Numbered from the stretch's first letter, positions 18,565 through 29,016 are shown. The stretch is DNA of 64,000 bases from Clostridiales bacterium (GCA_022772525.1 JALFAD010000046.1:56-64055); one strand, 5' to 3'. Notes: generated by a model from the sequence alone, not told the origin. Numbers and translations: made by a program.

Positions 18565-19573
18565 AATATCACCTCCCGCTAGAATATGCAGGAGACATCC
18601 AAAAGGTGTTGACCGGTTTGTCATGCCAAGGAAGAAAGATTCCGGCTGGCGGAGTCCGGCGCAGAATGCCCAAATCCGTAGAAATTTGTCAGAAAACGTT
18701 TTCGTTGCATCTTTTGTGAATGATATCGCCCCGCAGCATTCAGCGGATACGCTCCTGACCCGCCGCACAGGCGCAGCGTCGGCACTGGCCTGCAATTCGG
18801 TGTTCCACAGGTGATGACCGCAGCGCCGGAGACATCCGTGAACAATCCGCTATCGGGAAAACCAGTCTCAAATTCCATACCTTGGCGGCGAAGAATATGG
18901 CAACGCACAGTTCAATCCCGAAAAGGCAGCATAATACATAATGTACAGAACAAATTAAAGCCCGGTCTTATGAATAATCACAAGTCTCTGCACACTTCAT
19001 GGCCCTGCGCTATGAAAAACCATGCTGGTATCCGCACGCCGCCTTTGTGTGGGAAAGAAGCTGATTACACCAAAATATAGCTGCATCCTTCCGGATGCCC
19101 TTCTGTTCTGCCGGCAAAAAAGGTGTTTTTGCGTTTTTGCACCGCAATTGTCGGAAAATAGCGGCATGAAACAATCGGCGGGTGCTGGGCTATTTTGACG
19201 CTGAGGCCGTGCGGATATCCAGGCGCAGACGTTTTTTGACGGTGCCTGAGATTGCAGGAAAAAGAACGGAGTCGTTTTCGGGAAGGGCGTTTTTTCATCG
19301 CCGTGAGCCACAAACTACCAGCCATTTGGAGCTTTCCGCCGTAACAGGGCGGTAAAATAATGGATTATTTTGGGAATTCGCCGTCATATTGCACAACAGC
19401 AAGGTTGGAAAATGCACAGAATCCACAAATCGTCGAGATATGCGCAAATTTTTCTTGACTTTGAAAACGATTAAGTTTAACATATAGGCATGGAAGGGGT
19501 CAACGAAAACGTAAATTGTGAAATTTGCGTAGGATCCCGGATAATACGGACATAATTGCAAGGAGGAAAAAAC

Positions 19574-20935
19574 ATGAAAAAACTGATGGCTATGCTGCTG
19601 GCTCTTACCATGGTTCTGAGTCTGGCTGCCTGCGGCGGCTCTACCGCCGCTCCCGCTACTGAGGCCCCCAAGACGGAGGCTCCCGCCGCGACTGAAGCGC
19701 CTGCCGCCACCGAGGCTCCCGCCGAGGAAGAAGGCAAGGTCTTCAACATCTACGCTTGGAACGAAGAGTTCAAGGGCTTCTTCGAGAAGTACTACACCGT
19801 TCCCGATGGCATCACCGTTAACTGGATCATCAACCCCTCTGACGGCGGCGTTTATCAGGACAAGCTGGACGAGGCTCTGCTGAATCAGGAAAATGCCCCC
19901 GCTGACGAGAAGATCGATATGTTCCTGGCTGAGGCTGACTACATCCTGAAGTACACCGATTCCGAGTTCACCCAGGACATTCAGGCTCTGGGCGTCACCG
20001 ATTTCTCCAACACCTATGAGTACACTGTGCAGGCCGCTTCCGACGCCAACGGCGTTGTCAAGGGTGTCTCCTTCCAGTGCTGCCCCTCCGCTCTGATCTA
20101 TCGCCGCTCCATCGCCAAGGACGTCCTGGGCACCGATGATCCCGCTGAGGTTCAGGCCAAGCTGGACAGCTGGGACAAGTTCAACGCTGTCGCCGCTGAC
20201 GCCAAGGCTAAGGGTTACTACATGACCGCCTCCGAGTCCGAGACCTTCCGTGTGTTCTCCGACAACGGCACCTCCGCTCTGGTTGACGACTCCGGCAAGC
20301 TGACTCTGAACGACTCCATCAAGGCATGGCAGGCTCAGGCTAAGGACTTCTCCGACAAGGGCTACACCCTGACCACCGGCATCTGGGACGACGAGTGCAC
20401 CGCTCAGATGTTCAAGGACGGCAAGACCATGTGCTACTTCGGACCTGCCTGGTACTTCAACTTCTCCATGGGCAACGCTCAGGATCCTGAGAAGGGCTGC
20501 CCCGGCGACTGGGCGATCTGCCAGGGACCTCAGGCTCACTTCTGGGGCGGCACTTGGCTGCTGGCTGCTACCGGCTCCGACAACCCCACCATGCTGGCTG
20601 ACATCATGGACACCTTCATCAACGATGAGGAAGTCTGCGAGAACCTGATCAAGAACGAGTCTCAGTTCACCAACAACCAGGCTGTCAACGCCAAGTTCGC
20701 TGCTGACCCCAACTACGGCAACGCCTTCCTGGGCGGCCAGAACGACGTGGCTGTCTTCGTTGACCTGGCTAAGAACATCAAGTTCGAGAATAAGACCATC
20801 TACGACCAGCTGCTGTGCGAAGGCCTGCAGACCTACTGGAGAGAGTACTGCGACGGTGCTGTCACCGAGGAAGAGGCCATGGCCAACTACTACAAGTACA
20901 TCAACGAAAAGTACCCCGAGATCGTTACTCCTTGA
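19574..20935 (+). CDS. Carbohydrate ABC transporter substrate-binding lipoprotein
   Basis: Lipobox LAAC, ATEAP-repeat linker and WGGTW motif. Followed by two permeases. Confidence 0.9.
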   Translation: MKKLMAMLLALTMVLSLAACGGSTAAPATEAPKTEAPAATEAPAATEAPAEEEGKVFNIYAWNEEFKGFFEKYYTVPDGITVNWIINPSDGGVYQDKLDEALLNQENAPADEKIDMFLAEADYILKYTDSEFTQDIQALGVTDFSNTYEYTVQAASDANGVVKGVSFQCCPSALIYRRSIAKDVLGTDDPAEVQAKLDSWDKFNAVAADAKAKGYYMTASESETFRVFSDNGTSALVDDSGKLTLNDSIKAWQAQAKDFSDKGYTLTTGIWDDECTAQMFKDGKTMCYFGPAWYFNFSMGNAQDPEKGCPGDWAICQGPQAHFWGGTWLLAATGSDNPTMLADIMDTFINDEEVCENLIKNESQFTNNQAVNAKFAADPNYGNAFLGGQNDVAVFVDLAKNIKFENKTIYDQLLCEGLQTYWREYCDGAVTEEEAMANYYKYINEKYPEIVTP

Positions 20936-21075
20936 TGGCTTGCGGAATCTGACATAGTGCAACCTGTGGGGCAAGGCGAGAGCCTTGCCCCATTTTCAAT
21001 CACAGCTTGCCTTGGCTTCAGAACGTGTGCGCACACGGTTTGAATCGAAGACAAGAAAGCAAGGAGGATGTTTCT

Positions 21076-22017
21076 ATGAATCAACTGCGTGAAAAAGCGC
21101 CCACAAAGCGAAAAGGCATCAGCTATGCCAAGTGGGGCTACCTGTTCATCGCGCCCTTTTTCATCACCTATGCCATATTCAACCTCTACCCTCTGTTTCT
21201 GACCATTTACAACAGTTTCTTTGAGAACTACCGCTCCGGTCTGAAGCAGGTCGGCCCCAACTTCGTAGGTCTGGCCAACTACATTAAGCTCTTTACGCCC
21301 GATGCCAACGGTGTTATCGACATTCTGAAGTACGCCGGAAACACCATCGTGCTCTGGCTGGGCGGCGCGATTCCGCAGATCGTCATAGCCTTGCTGCTTG
21401 CCATCTTCTTCACCAGCTACCGGCTGAAGATCAAGGGTCAGCAATTCTTCAAGACGGTTATTTACATGCCCAACCTGATTATGGCTTCCGCCTTCTCCAT
21501 GCTGTTCTTCACCCTGTTTTCCAACGTCGGCCCGGTGAATCAGCTGCTGACCCAGATGGGCGTGATTGATGAAGCCATTGACTTCTTCTCCATTAAAGTA
21601 ACGGTTCGGGGCCTGATCTGCCTGATGAATTTCCTGCTCTGGTTCGGCAATACCACTATTCTGCTGATGGCAGGCATCATGGGCATCGACCAGAATATGT
21701 TTGAGGCCGCCAACATCGACGGCGCAACTGCTACCCAGACCTTCTTCAAGGTTACCCTGCCTCTGCTGACGCCGATTCTGGTTTACACTGTCATTACCGC
21801 GCTGATCGGCGGCCTGCAGATGTTCGATGTGCCTCAGGTGCTGACCAACGGCGGCGGCACGCCTAACCGAACCTCCATGACCCTGATCATGTACCTGAAC
21901 AGCTATCTGAAGACCAGCAAGAACTACGGTATGGCCGGCGCAATCTCCGTGATCATCTTCATCATCACGGGTCTGCTGAGCATTCTGGTTTACCGTTCCC
22001 TGACCAAAAAGGACTAA
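21076..22017 (+). CDS. Carbohydrate ABC transporter permease
   Basis: FVGLANY and the EAA loop (FEAANIDGA); multiple TM segments. Confidence 0.93.
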   Translation: MNQLREKAPTKRKGISYAKWGYLFIAPFFITYAIFNLYPLFLTIYNSFFENYRSGLKQVGPNFVGLANYIKLFTPDANGVIDILKYAGNTIVLWLGGAIPQIVIALLLAIFFTSYRLKIKGQQFFKTVIYMPNLIMASAFSMLFFTLFSNVGPVNQLLTQMGVIDEAIDFFSIKVTVRGLICLMNFLLWFGNTTILLMAGIMGIDQNMFEAANIDGATATQTFFKVTLPLLTPILVYTVITALIGGLQMFDVPQVLTNGGGTPNRTSMTLIMYLNSYLKTSKNYGMAGAISVIIFIITGLLSILVYRSLTKKD

Positions 22018-22029
22018 GGAGGGAAGAAC

Positions 22030-22899
22030 ATGAACGAACTTTCCAATGAAAACCTGAAAGCGAAACGTCGGCTGAAGGCCAGCCGTTTTGTGGTGTACCT
22101 GATTCTGATTTTCTTGTCTGTGCTGTGTCTGTTCTCCTTCTATATGCTGTTTGTCAACGCCAGCCGCTCCAACGCGGATCTGCAGGGCGGCTTCCGGCTC
22201 CTGCCCAGCAATTACTTCTTCAAGAATCTGAAGAACGCCTGGACAGACGCGTCCATCAACATCCCAAGAGGTATGCTGAACAGCTTCATCATCGCCGCCT
22301 CCACCGCCGTGCTGTCCACCTACTTCTCCGCCCTGACGGCCTACGGCATCCACGCCTATGACTTCAAGCTCAAGAAGGTAGCCTTTACCTTCATTATGGC
22401 GGTCATGGTCATCCCCACTCAGGTTTCCGCCGTGGGCTTCTACCAGATGTGCGTGAAGCTGCACTGGACCAACAGCTACATTCCCCTGATTCTTCCCGGC
22501 ATCGCCGCCCCTGTGGTGTTCTTCTACATGAAGCAGTACATGGAAAGCGTCCTGCCCATGGAAATCATCGATGCCGCCCGGGTGGACGGCTCCGGTGAGT
22601 TCCGTACCTTCAATACCATCATTCTGCCCATGCTGAAGCCTGCACTGGCAGTTCAGCTGATCTTCAACTTCGTCCAGTCCTGGAACAACTACTTCATGCC
22701 TGCTCTGCTGCTGGACAAGGCGGAGATGAAGACCGTGCCTCTGATGATCGCCCAGCTGCGCAGCGCGGACTACTCCAAGTTCGATATGGGCAAGGTGTAC
22801 ATGTTCATCCTGCTGGCAATTCTGCCTGTCGTGGTCGTTTACATCCTGCTGAGCAAATCCATCATCAAAGGTGTTACTGCCGGTTCCGTCAAGGGCTGA
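22030..22899 (+). CDS. Carbohydrate ABC transporter permease
   Basis: EIIDAARVDG, SWNNY and C-terminal GSVKG. Confidence 0.93.
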   Translation: MNELSNENLKAKRRLKASRFVVYLILIFLSVLCLFSFYMLFVNASRSNADLQGGFRLLPSNYFFKNLKNAWTDASINIPRGMLNSFIIAASTAVLSTYFSALTAYGIHAYDFKLKKVAFTFIMAVMVIPTQVSAVGFYQMCVKLHWTNSYIPLILPGIAAPVVFFYMKQYMESVLPMEIIDAARVDGSGEFRTFNTIILPMLKPALAVQLIFNFVQSWNNYFMPALLLDKAEMKTVPLMIAQLRSADYSKFDMGKVYMFILLAILPVVVVYILLSKSIIKGVTAGSVKG

Positions 22900-23084
22900 G
22901 CCACCGCAAGCCATACCGCGTCCCGCAACCTGCGGGACGCGGTTTTCCGCTTGCCCACAAGGGCAGAACCAAAGCTTTACACTGGGAAAAATTCAGGATA
23001 AACCCGTATTTCCGGGGAAATGTCAACGGAATAGGCGACTATGCGGTTAGAACAATTTTGTGACAGAATTTTGAAATGTTTTTG

Positions 23085-23113
23085 TTGACTTTTACCGAGA
23101 AACGTACTACAAT
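23085..23113 (+). promoter_or_regulatory. SigA-type promoter of cstA
   Basis: TTGACT-N17-TACAAT. Confidence 0.65.
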
Positions 23114-23215
23114 GTCTCTGTACAGCGAGGATGCGCCAACGTCCTTGCTCTGCGTTTGGAAATGCGCCCCGGGGCTGCGGAGCTCCGCGACGCCATACTG
23201 TAAGGAGGGTAATTT

Positions 23216-24667
23216 ATGATTAGTTTCTTCGTATGTCTGGCTATTCTCATCGCTGGATACTTCATCTATGGCGGATTCGTATCCAAGACCTTCGGTCCTG
23301 ACGACCGTGAGACGCCGGCAGTCACCATGGAGGACGGCGTTGACTACGTCGTTATGCCCAGCTGGCGTATTTTCCTGATCCAGCTGCTGAACATTGCAGG
23401 CCTTGGCCCCATCTGGGGTGCTGTGGGCGGCGCAATGTGGGGCCCCAGCGTGTTCCTGTGGATCACCTTCGGTACCATCTTCGCCGGCGGTGTTCATGAC
23501 TTCGCTTCCGGCTTCATGTCCATGCGTCACCAGGGCCTCAGCGTTCCTGAGCTGACCGGTATGTACATGGGCAACGTCATGAAGCAGGTTATGCGTGTGT
23601 TCTCCACCGTGCTGCTGTTCATGGTCGGCGTTGTGTTCGCTGTCGGCCCCGCTGGCCTGCTGAGCTACCTGTGCGGCCAGGGCGGTTCCACCGGCATCCT
23701 CACCAACAAGTACTTCTGGCTGACCATCGTGTTCGCCTACTTCTTCATCGCCACCTTCCTGTCTGTCGATAAGATCATCGGCAAGCTGTATCCCCTGTTT
23801 GGCATCTGCCTGATCGTCATGGCCATCGGCGTGGGCCTCGGCACCATCGTGAAGGGCTATACGATTCCCGAGATCTTCCCCCTGCGCAATATGCATCCCG
23901 CCGGAACCTCCATGTTCCCCGCCATGTTCATCTCCGTGGCCTGCGGCGCCTGCTCCGGCTTCCACTCCACTCAGTCCCCCATCATGGCCCGCTGCTGCAA
24001 GAGTGAGAAGCAGTCCCACATGGTCTTCTACGGCGCAATGGTCTGCGAAGGCATCATCGCTCTGGTTTGGGCTGCTGCCTCCTGCGCTCTGTTCCCCATC
24101 GAGGGCGGCCTGATGACCGGCCTGAAGGAAGCTATGTCCGTTGGTCAGGCTGGCTGCGTTTACAACATCTGCGCCACCACCATGGGCGGCTTCGGCGCCA
24201 TCCTGGCGATGCTGGGCGTTATCGCCTGCCCCATCTCCTCCGGTGATACCGCGTTCCGCAGCGCTCGTCTGACCGTCGCTGATGCCCTGCATCTGGATCA
24301 GAAGAGCTACAAGAACCGTCTGATCCTGACTGTCCCCCTGCTGGCTCTGGGCGTTCTGGTCTCTCAGCTGGACTACACCTCCATCTGGAACTACTTCGCT
24401 TCCACCAACCAGATTCTGGCTGCCATCGTTCTGTGGACCGCTGCCATGTACCTGCGTCATGAGGGCAAGAACGCTTACGTCTGCGCCCTGCCCGCTGCGT
24501 TCATGACCGCCGTTACCGTGTCCTTCGTGTTCAACAGTAAGCTGTATCTGGGCGGCATCTCCTTCTTCCCGCCCATCTCCAAGTTCCTGGGCGTCGGCAT
24601 CGCTGTCGTGCTGCTGGTTCTGTTCATCCTGAAGGCCCCCAAGGGCGAGAAGACCGCTAAGGCGTAA
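23216..24667 (+). CDS. cstA: Carbon starvation CstA-family transporter
   Basis: DGVDYV, NIAGLGPI, GGVHD, ACGACSGFHSTQ and SSGDTAFRS motifs. Confidence 0.92.
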   Translation: MISFFVCLAILIAGYFIYGGFVSKTFGPDDRETPAVTMEDGVDYVVMPSWRIFLIQLLNIAGLGPIWGAVGGAMWGPSVFLWITFGTIFAGGVHDFASGFMSMRHQGLSVPELTGMYMGNVMKQVMRVFSTVLLFMVGVVFAVGPAGLLSYLCGQGGSTGILTNKYFWLTIVFAYFFIATFLSVDKIIGKLYPLFGICLIVMAIGVGLGTIVKGYTIPEIFPLRNMHPAGTSMFPAMFISVACGACSGFHSTQSPIMARCCKSEKQSHMVFYGAMVCEGIIALVWAAASCALFPIEGGLMTGLKEAMSVGQAGCVYNICATTMGGFGAILAMLGVIACPISSGDTAFRSARLTVADALHLDQKSYKNRLILTVPLLALGVLVSQLDYTSIWNYFASTNQILAAIVLWTAAMYLRHEGKNAYVCALPAAFMTAVTVSFVFNSKLYLGGISFFPPISKFLGVGIAVVLLVLFILKAPKGEKTAKA

Positions 24668-24692
24668 TTTTCCAAAAGAAAGGAACATTCCT

Positions 24693-25052
24693 ATGTATAT
24701 CCCACCGAAAGCCCTGTCCGAAAAAACCCTGCCCCCGGAGGTTCTCCGGCCCGATAGGGTGTGCTGTACCCATTATGAGGACTTCGGTCTGGGCGATAAG
24801 GCGCTGTATGTAGGTATGTACGGCTTCAGCCGGGTTGGCTACATCCCTTTTTCCGCGATCACCCGGGTGTTTAAACGCCTTGGCGTGACCAAGGGATTCT
24901 TCGAGAAGGGGAAAATTTATGGCACGCTGTGCTATCTGGTGATTTGCTTTGATGGCAAACAGAAGGTATGCCGGTTTACCCACGAAGAGAATTTGGACGC
25001 CCTGCTGGATGCCATTCGGGAACACACCAGTATTCCCGTTGGAAAGCCTTAA
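24693..25052 (+). CDS. Hypothetical protein
   Basis: AAGGA RBS and a 119-aa ORF. A terminator hairpin follows at ~25067-25093. Confidence 0.65.
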   Translation: MYIPPKALSEKTLPPEVLRPDRVCCTHYEDFGLGDKALYVGMYGFSRVGYIPFSAITRVFKRLGVTKGFFEKGKIYGTLCYLVICFDGKQKVCRFTHEENLDALLDAIREHTSIPVGKP

Positions 25053-25097
25053 ACTTCCATAGCCCAAGCGCCCGCCGCAAGGCGGGCGCTTTTGTCT

Positions 25098-25480
25098 GCA
25101 GGGCGGACTGCCAATGCGTGCCCGGTTGGTGTATATTCGTTACACCATAGGGTATAGCTCGGTATCGTTCTCTGGTGAGATAAATTGTTCTATAGTTGCC
25201 AATTGACAATTGACAGTTGACAATTAAGGAGTCCCTGCGGGACAATTAAAAAATGTCATAAATGGCAGGTTTCTTTGGGAAAAACACGCGTATTTCGTGT
25301 TTGTACTCTATTTCATTCATCCCGAAGGGATACCCACAATTGTCAATTGTTCATTATCATTTGTCAATTAAATTCTTCTTCAGCGAAAGAAGATGGCACG
25401 CGGGTGGCGATACCGAGCACGCCCAATAGCGTAACAATGACACACACCTTGCGTGCGCATTGTCCGCGGCGACTCGCCGC
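25098..25480. repeat. Composite repeat: two inverted family-A copies enclosing inverted AATTGAC heptamer arrays
   Basis: Family A at 25098-25167(+) and 25408-25480(-). (AATTGAC)n at ~25195-25226 and its complement at ~25338-25370. Confidence 0.75.
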
Positions 25481-25573
25481 CGACTTAATATTCTTTTAAG
25501 AATTCTTCCTCTTTCTTCTTAAGAACTTTGATGTTATAATAGGGCCAGAATAGAGAAAGAGGGGCGAGGGGCC

Positions 25574-26272
25574 GTGTATAATGTTCTCATTTGTGACGAT
25601 CAGCCGGATATTGTCAACGCGCTGAAAATTTACCTGACGCCGGAGGGCTACAATTTGTTCGAGGCTTTCACCGGGCAGGAGGCGCTGGATATCGTGCGCC
25701 AAAACGACATCCACCTGATTCTGCTGGACGTGATGATGCCGGTGATGGACGGGATTACGGCAACCTCCAAAATCCGGGAGTTTTCCAACGCCCCCATTAT
25801 CCTGCTCACCGCCAAATCCGAAATCGAGGACAAGGTGCTGGGCCTGAACGTGGGCGCGGACGACTACATCACCAAGCCCTTCGTACCGGTGGAGGTGCTG
25901 GCCCGGGTGCGCTCCCAACTGCGTCGGTATGACCGTCTGGGCAGCAAACCGGAAACCGTGGACGGCAACCTGACCGTCGGCGGTGTGACACTGGACGACC
26001 GCACCAAGTCCGTCATGGTGGATGGGGAAACCGTGTCCCTGACCCCCACGGAATACGCCATTCTGCACCTGCTTATGGCAAACCCCGGCAAGGTGTTCTC
26101 CACCAAGGTGCTCTATGAGTCCGTCTGGCAGGAGACGGCCCTGGGCAGCGAGGGCGCGGTGGCGGTGCACATCCGGCACCTGCGGGAAAAAATCGAAATC
26201 AACCCCTCAGAGCCCCGGTATTTGAAGGTGGTCTGGGGACAGGGCTACAAGATGGAGAGTGACCGGAAATGA
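25574..26272 (+). CDS. OmpR-family response regulator
   Basis: LICDD, LLDVMMP, GADDYITKPF, VHIRHLREK and VWGQGYK motifs. Confidence 0.95.
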   Translation: MYNVLICDDQPDIVNALKIYLTPEGYNLFEAFTGQEALDIVRQNDIHLILLDVMMPVMDGITATSKIREFSNAPIILLTAKSEIEDKVLGLNVGADDYITKPFVPVEVLARVRSQLRRYDRLGSKPETVDGNLTVGGVTLDDRTKSVMVDGETVSLTPTEYAILHLLMANPGKVFSTKVLYESVWQETALGSEGAVAVHIRHLREKIEINPSEPRYLKVVWGQGYKMESDRK

Positions 26273-29016
26273 AAAACCATATTGTCTTTAAATTTATCGC
26301 CATCGCCCTGTGTGCCCTGTGCCTGCTGGGGGCAGTGGGCGGCGCGGCCTGCATCATCGGCCTGTCGGAGATGGACCTGTACAACAAGACCGTGGACGAG
26401 TACCGGAGCGGGCTGGAACGGGACAATGCCAGAAATTACGCCAGCGAATTGGCCATGAACTATGCCAGCAAAATTCTGGGGGGCTGCCCCGAGGACATGT
26501 TCCGTGCCTATTACGGCGACGTAGACTGGTTCGTCCGCAATTACCCCAACCACGCCTACACCATCACCGACGCCGAGGGCAAGGTGCTCAGTTCTTACAA
26601 TATGGACGCGGCGTTGAATCAGGGCTGGCTGACCTATGGGTTCCCCGTCAGCGGGAATTACCTGTATCTGGTAGACAGCAAACCGACGGCGCAGCAGTCA
26701 GACGAAGATGTCTTTCCCCATACTGTGGAACCGGGAGAACCCTTCCTTTATGACGCCATACAACCCATGGGCAGCACCGTATACGGAATCAGCACGGGGA
26801 GTTCCACCAGCCGTTACAACTTCAGCACCGACATCAGCATTGGATTTGTGTTCAAGGATGAATCCGGCAGGGTTGTATTCCGAGGCTTCGAACCCTGCAT
26901 TGATATCGAAAACAATCAGCCGAACTATTTCTGCTGCATCGATTCAGACGGGGCCATCATTTATGAAATTTCTGATATCGATCCCGTTGGCCGTTTGACC
27001 ACCGATGAAAACGGCTATCTTGTCTTTACCGGCAACCTCCCGGAGCCGGAGGAAACTGTCCCGGAGACCACAGTGGAAACCGTCCCCGAAACCACCGTGG
27101 TGGAGGCTGTCCCGGAGGAGCCTGTTCCCACCGGCGAAAACGGCAACCCCATGGAAACGGCAGCTCAGGAAGCAGCCTATGTGGAAGAAACCGGCGCACC
27201 CTCCAACGCCTCCGCTGTTCCCGGGGAAACGGAAGCGAACGAGACTGTAGAAGAACCCGCAGCCAGCGAGGAAACCGCCGCCCCGGAGACCACGGCGCAC
27301 ACCGTCCCTCCCTCCACCGCTCCTGTGGAGACGGTGCCGGATATCGCGGTAACGGAGCCTGTCATGGTGGGCGACAAGCCCCTGAGTAGCTACCAGATCA
27401 ACGGAATTGCTTACTATGACAGCACAACCGGTGAGGAAGTGGAAGCAAAGTATGTCTACGTCACCATGCCGGAGATGACCGTGACGCTGTACATCGGCGA
27501 CAACGACCGGGATGCCGCCGGGTGGAATCTGGTGAAGGCTGTTCGCGATTCCCGGCAGATTCTGCTGCCCCTGGTGGGCATCTGCCTGCTGCTGATGGCG
27601 GTGACGGCAGTGTACCTGTGCACCGCCGCGGGCCGGAAGCCCGGTATCCCCGAGGTACAGGCTGGTGGGCTGAACCGAATTCCGCTGGATGTGTATCTGG
27701 TGGGCGGCGGCTGTCTGATCGCGGGCTGTATCGCCGGCGGGGCGGCCCTGACGCAATACCTCCTGTCCAGCGATGTGCTCACTGCCTGCTGTGTTGGTAT
27801 TGCGCTGTGTTATCTGGGCTGTCTGGTGTTTGTGGGCTTCTGCTACGCCTTCGTGGCCCAGCTCAAAACCCCCGGCGGCTTCTGGTGGCGCAACACCCTG
27901 TGCGGCTGGTGCCTGCGGCTGTGCGTCCGGTTCGCCGTGTGGCTGGAGGGTATTCTCAGTACCAGAGCCTTCCCCTGGCTGGTTCGGATGGCGAAAAAGC
28001 TGTGGGGACGCCTCTGCGATATGGCCCGTTGGCTGGAAAAGCGGGTGAACCGGTTCATTTCCTACCTGCCGCTGGTGTGGCAGTGGCTGCTGGCAGGCGC
28101 GGTGTGCGTTCTGCTGGTGTATGCCAGTGACGGAGAACTGTGGACCCTGATTCTGTGGGTCGCGCTTATCTGCTACGGCGCTTACTGCTTCGGCAAGCTC
28201 ATGGACAGCGCCAGCCGCATGAGTAAGGGCGACCTGAACATCAAAGTTGACGAAAAACACATGGTGGGCGCCTTCGCCCAGTTTGCCGAGAGTCTCAACA
28301 ATCTGGCAAACGTCACCATAGACGCCGCCCGGAGGCAACTGAAATCCGAGCGGATGAAGACGGAGCTGATTACCAACGTGTCCCACGACATCAAGACCCC
28401 CCTGACCTCCATCATCAACTATGTGGACCTGCTGCAAAAGGCCCAGACGGAGGAGGAACGGGCAGAGTATCTGGAGGTGCTGGACCGGCAGTCGCAAAGG
28501 CTGAAAAAGCTCATTGACGACCTGATGGACATGAGCAAGGCCAGCACCGGCAACATGACCGTGGACATCACCCGGGTGGACGCGGTGGAGGCTGTGAATC
28601 AGGCCCTGGGCGAGTTTGCCGACAAGCTGGACCGGGCCATGCTCAGCCCGGTGTTCCGGCACGACGACGCTTCCGTGCCCATGATGGCGGACGGGCGGCT
28701 GGTCTGGCGGGTGCTGAGTAACCTGCTGGGCAACGCGGTGAAGTACGCCATGCCCGGAACCCGGCTGTACATCGATCTGTCCCAGATGGGCGGGAAGGTG
28801 CTTCTGTCGGTGAAGAACATCTCCCGGGAGGAGCTGAACATCGGCGCGGACGAGCTGATGGAGCGGTTTGTCCGGGGCGACGGCTCCCGGAACACCGAGG
28901 GCAGCGGCTTAGGGCTGAACATCGCCAAAAGCCTGATGGAGCTGCAAAAGGGAGAACTCCAGCTGCTGGTGGACGGCGACCTGTTCAAGGTTACCCTGAT
29001 TTTCCCCGGAATCTGA
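26269..29016 (+). CDS. Membrane sensor histidine kinase with a large extracytoplasmic region
   Basis: H-box NVSHDIKTPLT, N-box NAVKY, G-box GSGLGL and a HAMP-like segment. Confidence 0.92.
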   Translation: MKNHIVFKFIAIALCALCLLGAVGGAACIIGLSEMDLYNKTVDEYRSGLERDNARNYASELAMNYASKILGGCPEDMFRAYYGDVDWFVRNYPNHAYTITDAEGKVLSSYNMDAALNQGWLTYGFPVSGNYLYLVDSKPTAQQSDEDVFPHTVEPGEPFLYDAIQPMGSTVYGISTGSSTSRYNFSTDISIGFVFKDESGRVVFRGFEPCIDIENNQPNYFCCIDSDGAIIYEISDIDPVGRLTTDENGYLVFTGNLPEPEETVPETTVETVPETTVVEAVPEEPVPTGENGNPMETAAQEAAYVEETGAPSNASAVPGETEANETVEEPAASEETAAPETTAHTVPPSTAPVETVPDIAVTEPVMVGDKPLSSYQINGIAYYDSTTGEEVEAKYVYVTMPEMTVTLYIGDNDRDAAGWNLVKAVRDSRQILLPLVGICLLLMAVTAVYLCTAAGRKPGIPEVQAGGLNRIPLDVYLVGGGCLIAGCIAGGAALTQYLLSSDVLTACCVGIALCYLGCLVFVGFCYAFVAQLKTPGGFWWRNTLCGWCLRLCVRFAVWLEGILSTRAFPWLVRMAKKLWGRLCDMARWLEKRVNRFISYLPLVWQWLLAGAVCVLLVYASDGELWTLILWVALICYGAYCFGKLMDSASRMSKGDLNIKVDEKHMVGAFAQFAESLNNLANVTIDAARRQLKSERMKTELITNVSHDIKTPLTSIINYVDLLQKAQTEEERAEYLEVLDRQSQRLKKLIDDLMDMSKASTGNMTVDITRVDAVEAVNQALGEFADKLDRAMLSPVFRHDDASVPMMADGRLVWRVLSNLLGNAVKYAMPGTRLYIDLSQMGGKVLLSVKNISREELNIGADELMERFVRGDGSRNTEGSGLGLNIAKSLMELQKGELQLLVDGDLFKVTLIFPGI

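Noticed and set aside
19640-19730. Tandem ATEAP-encoding repeats in the ABC lipoprotein gene
   Set aside because: An ordinary low-complexity lipoprotein linker, not an array or variable-repeat system.
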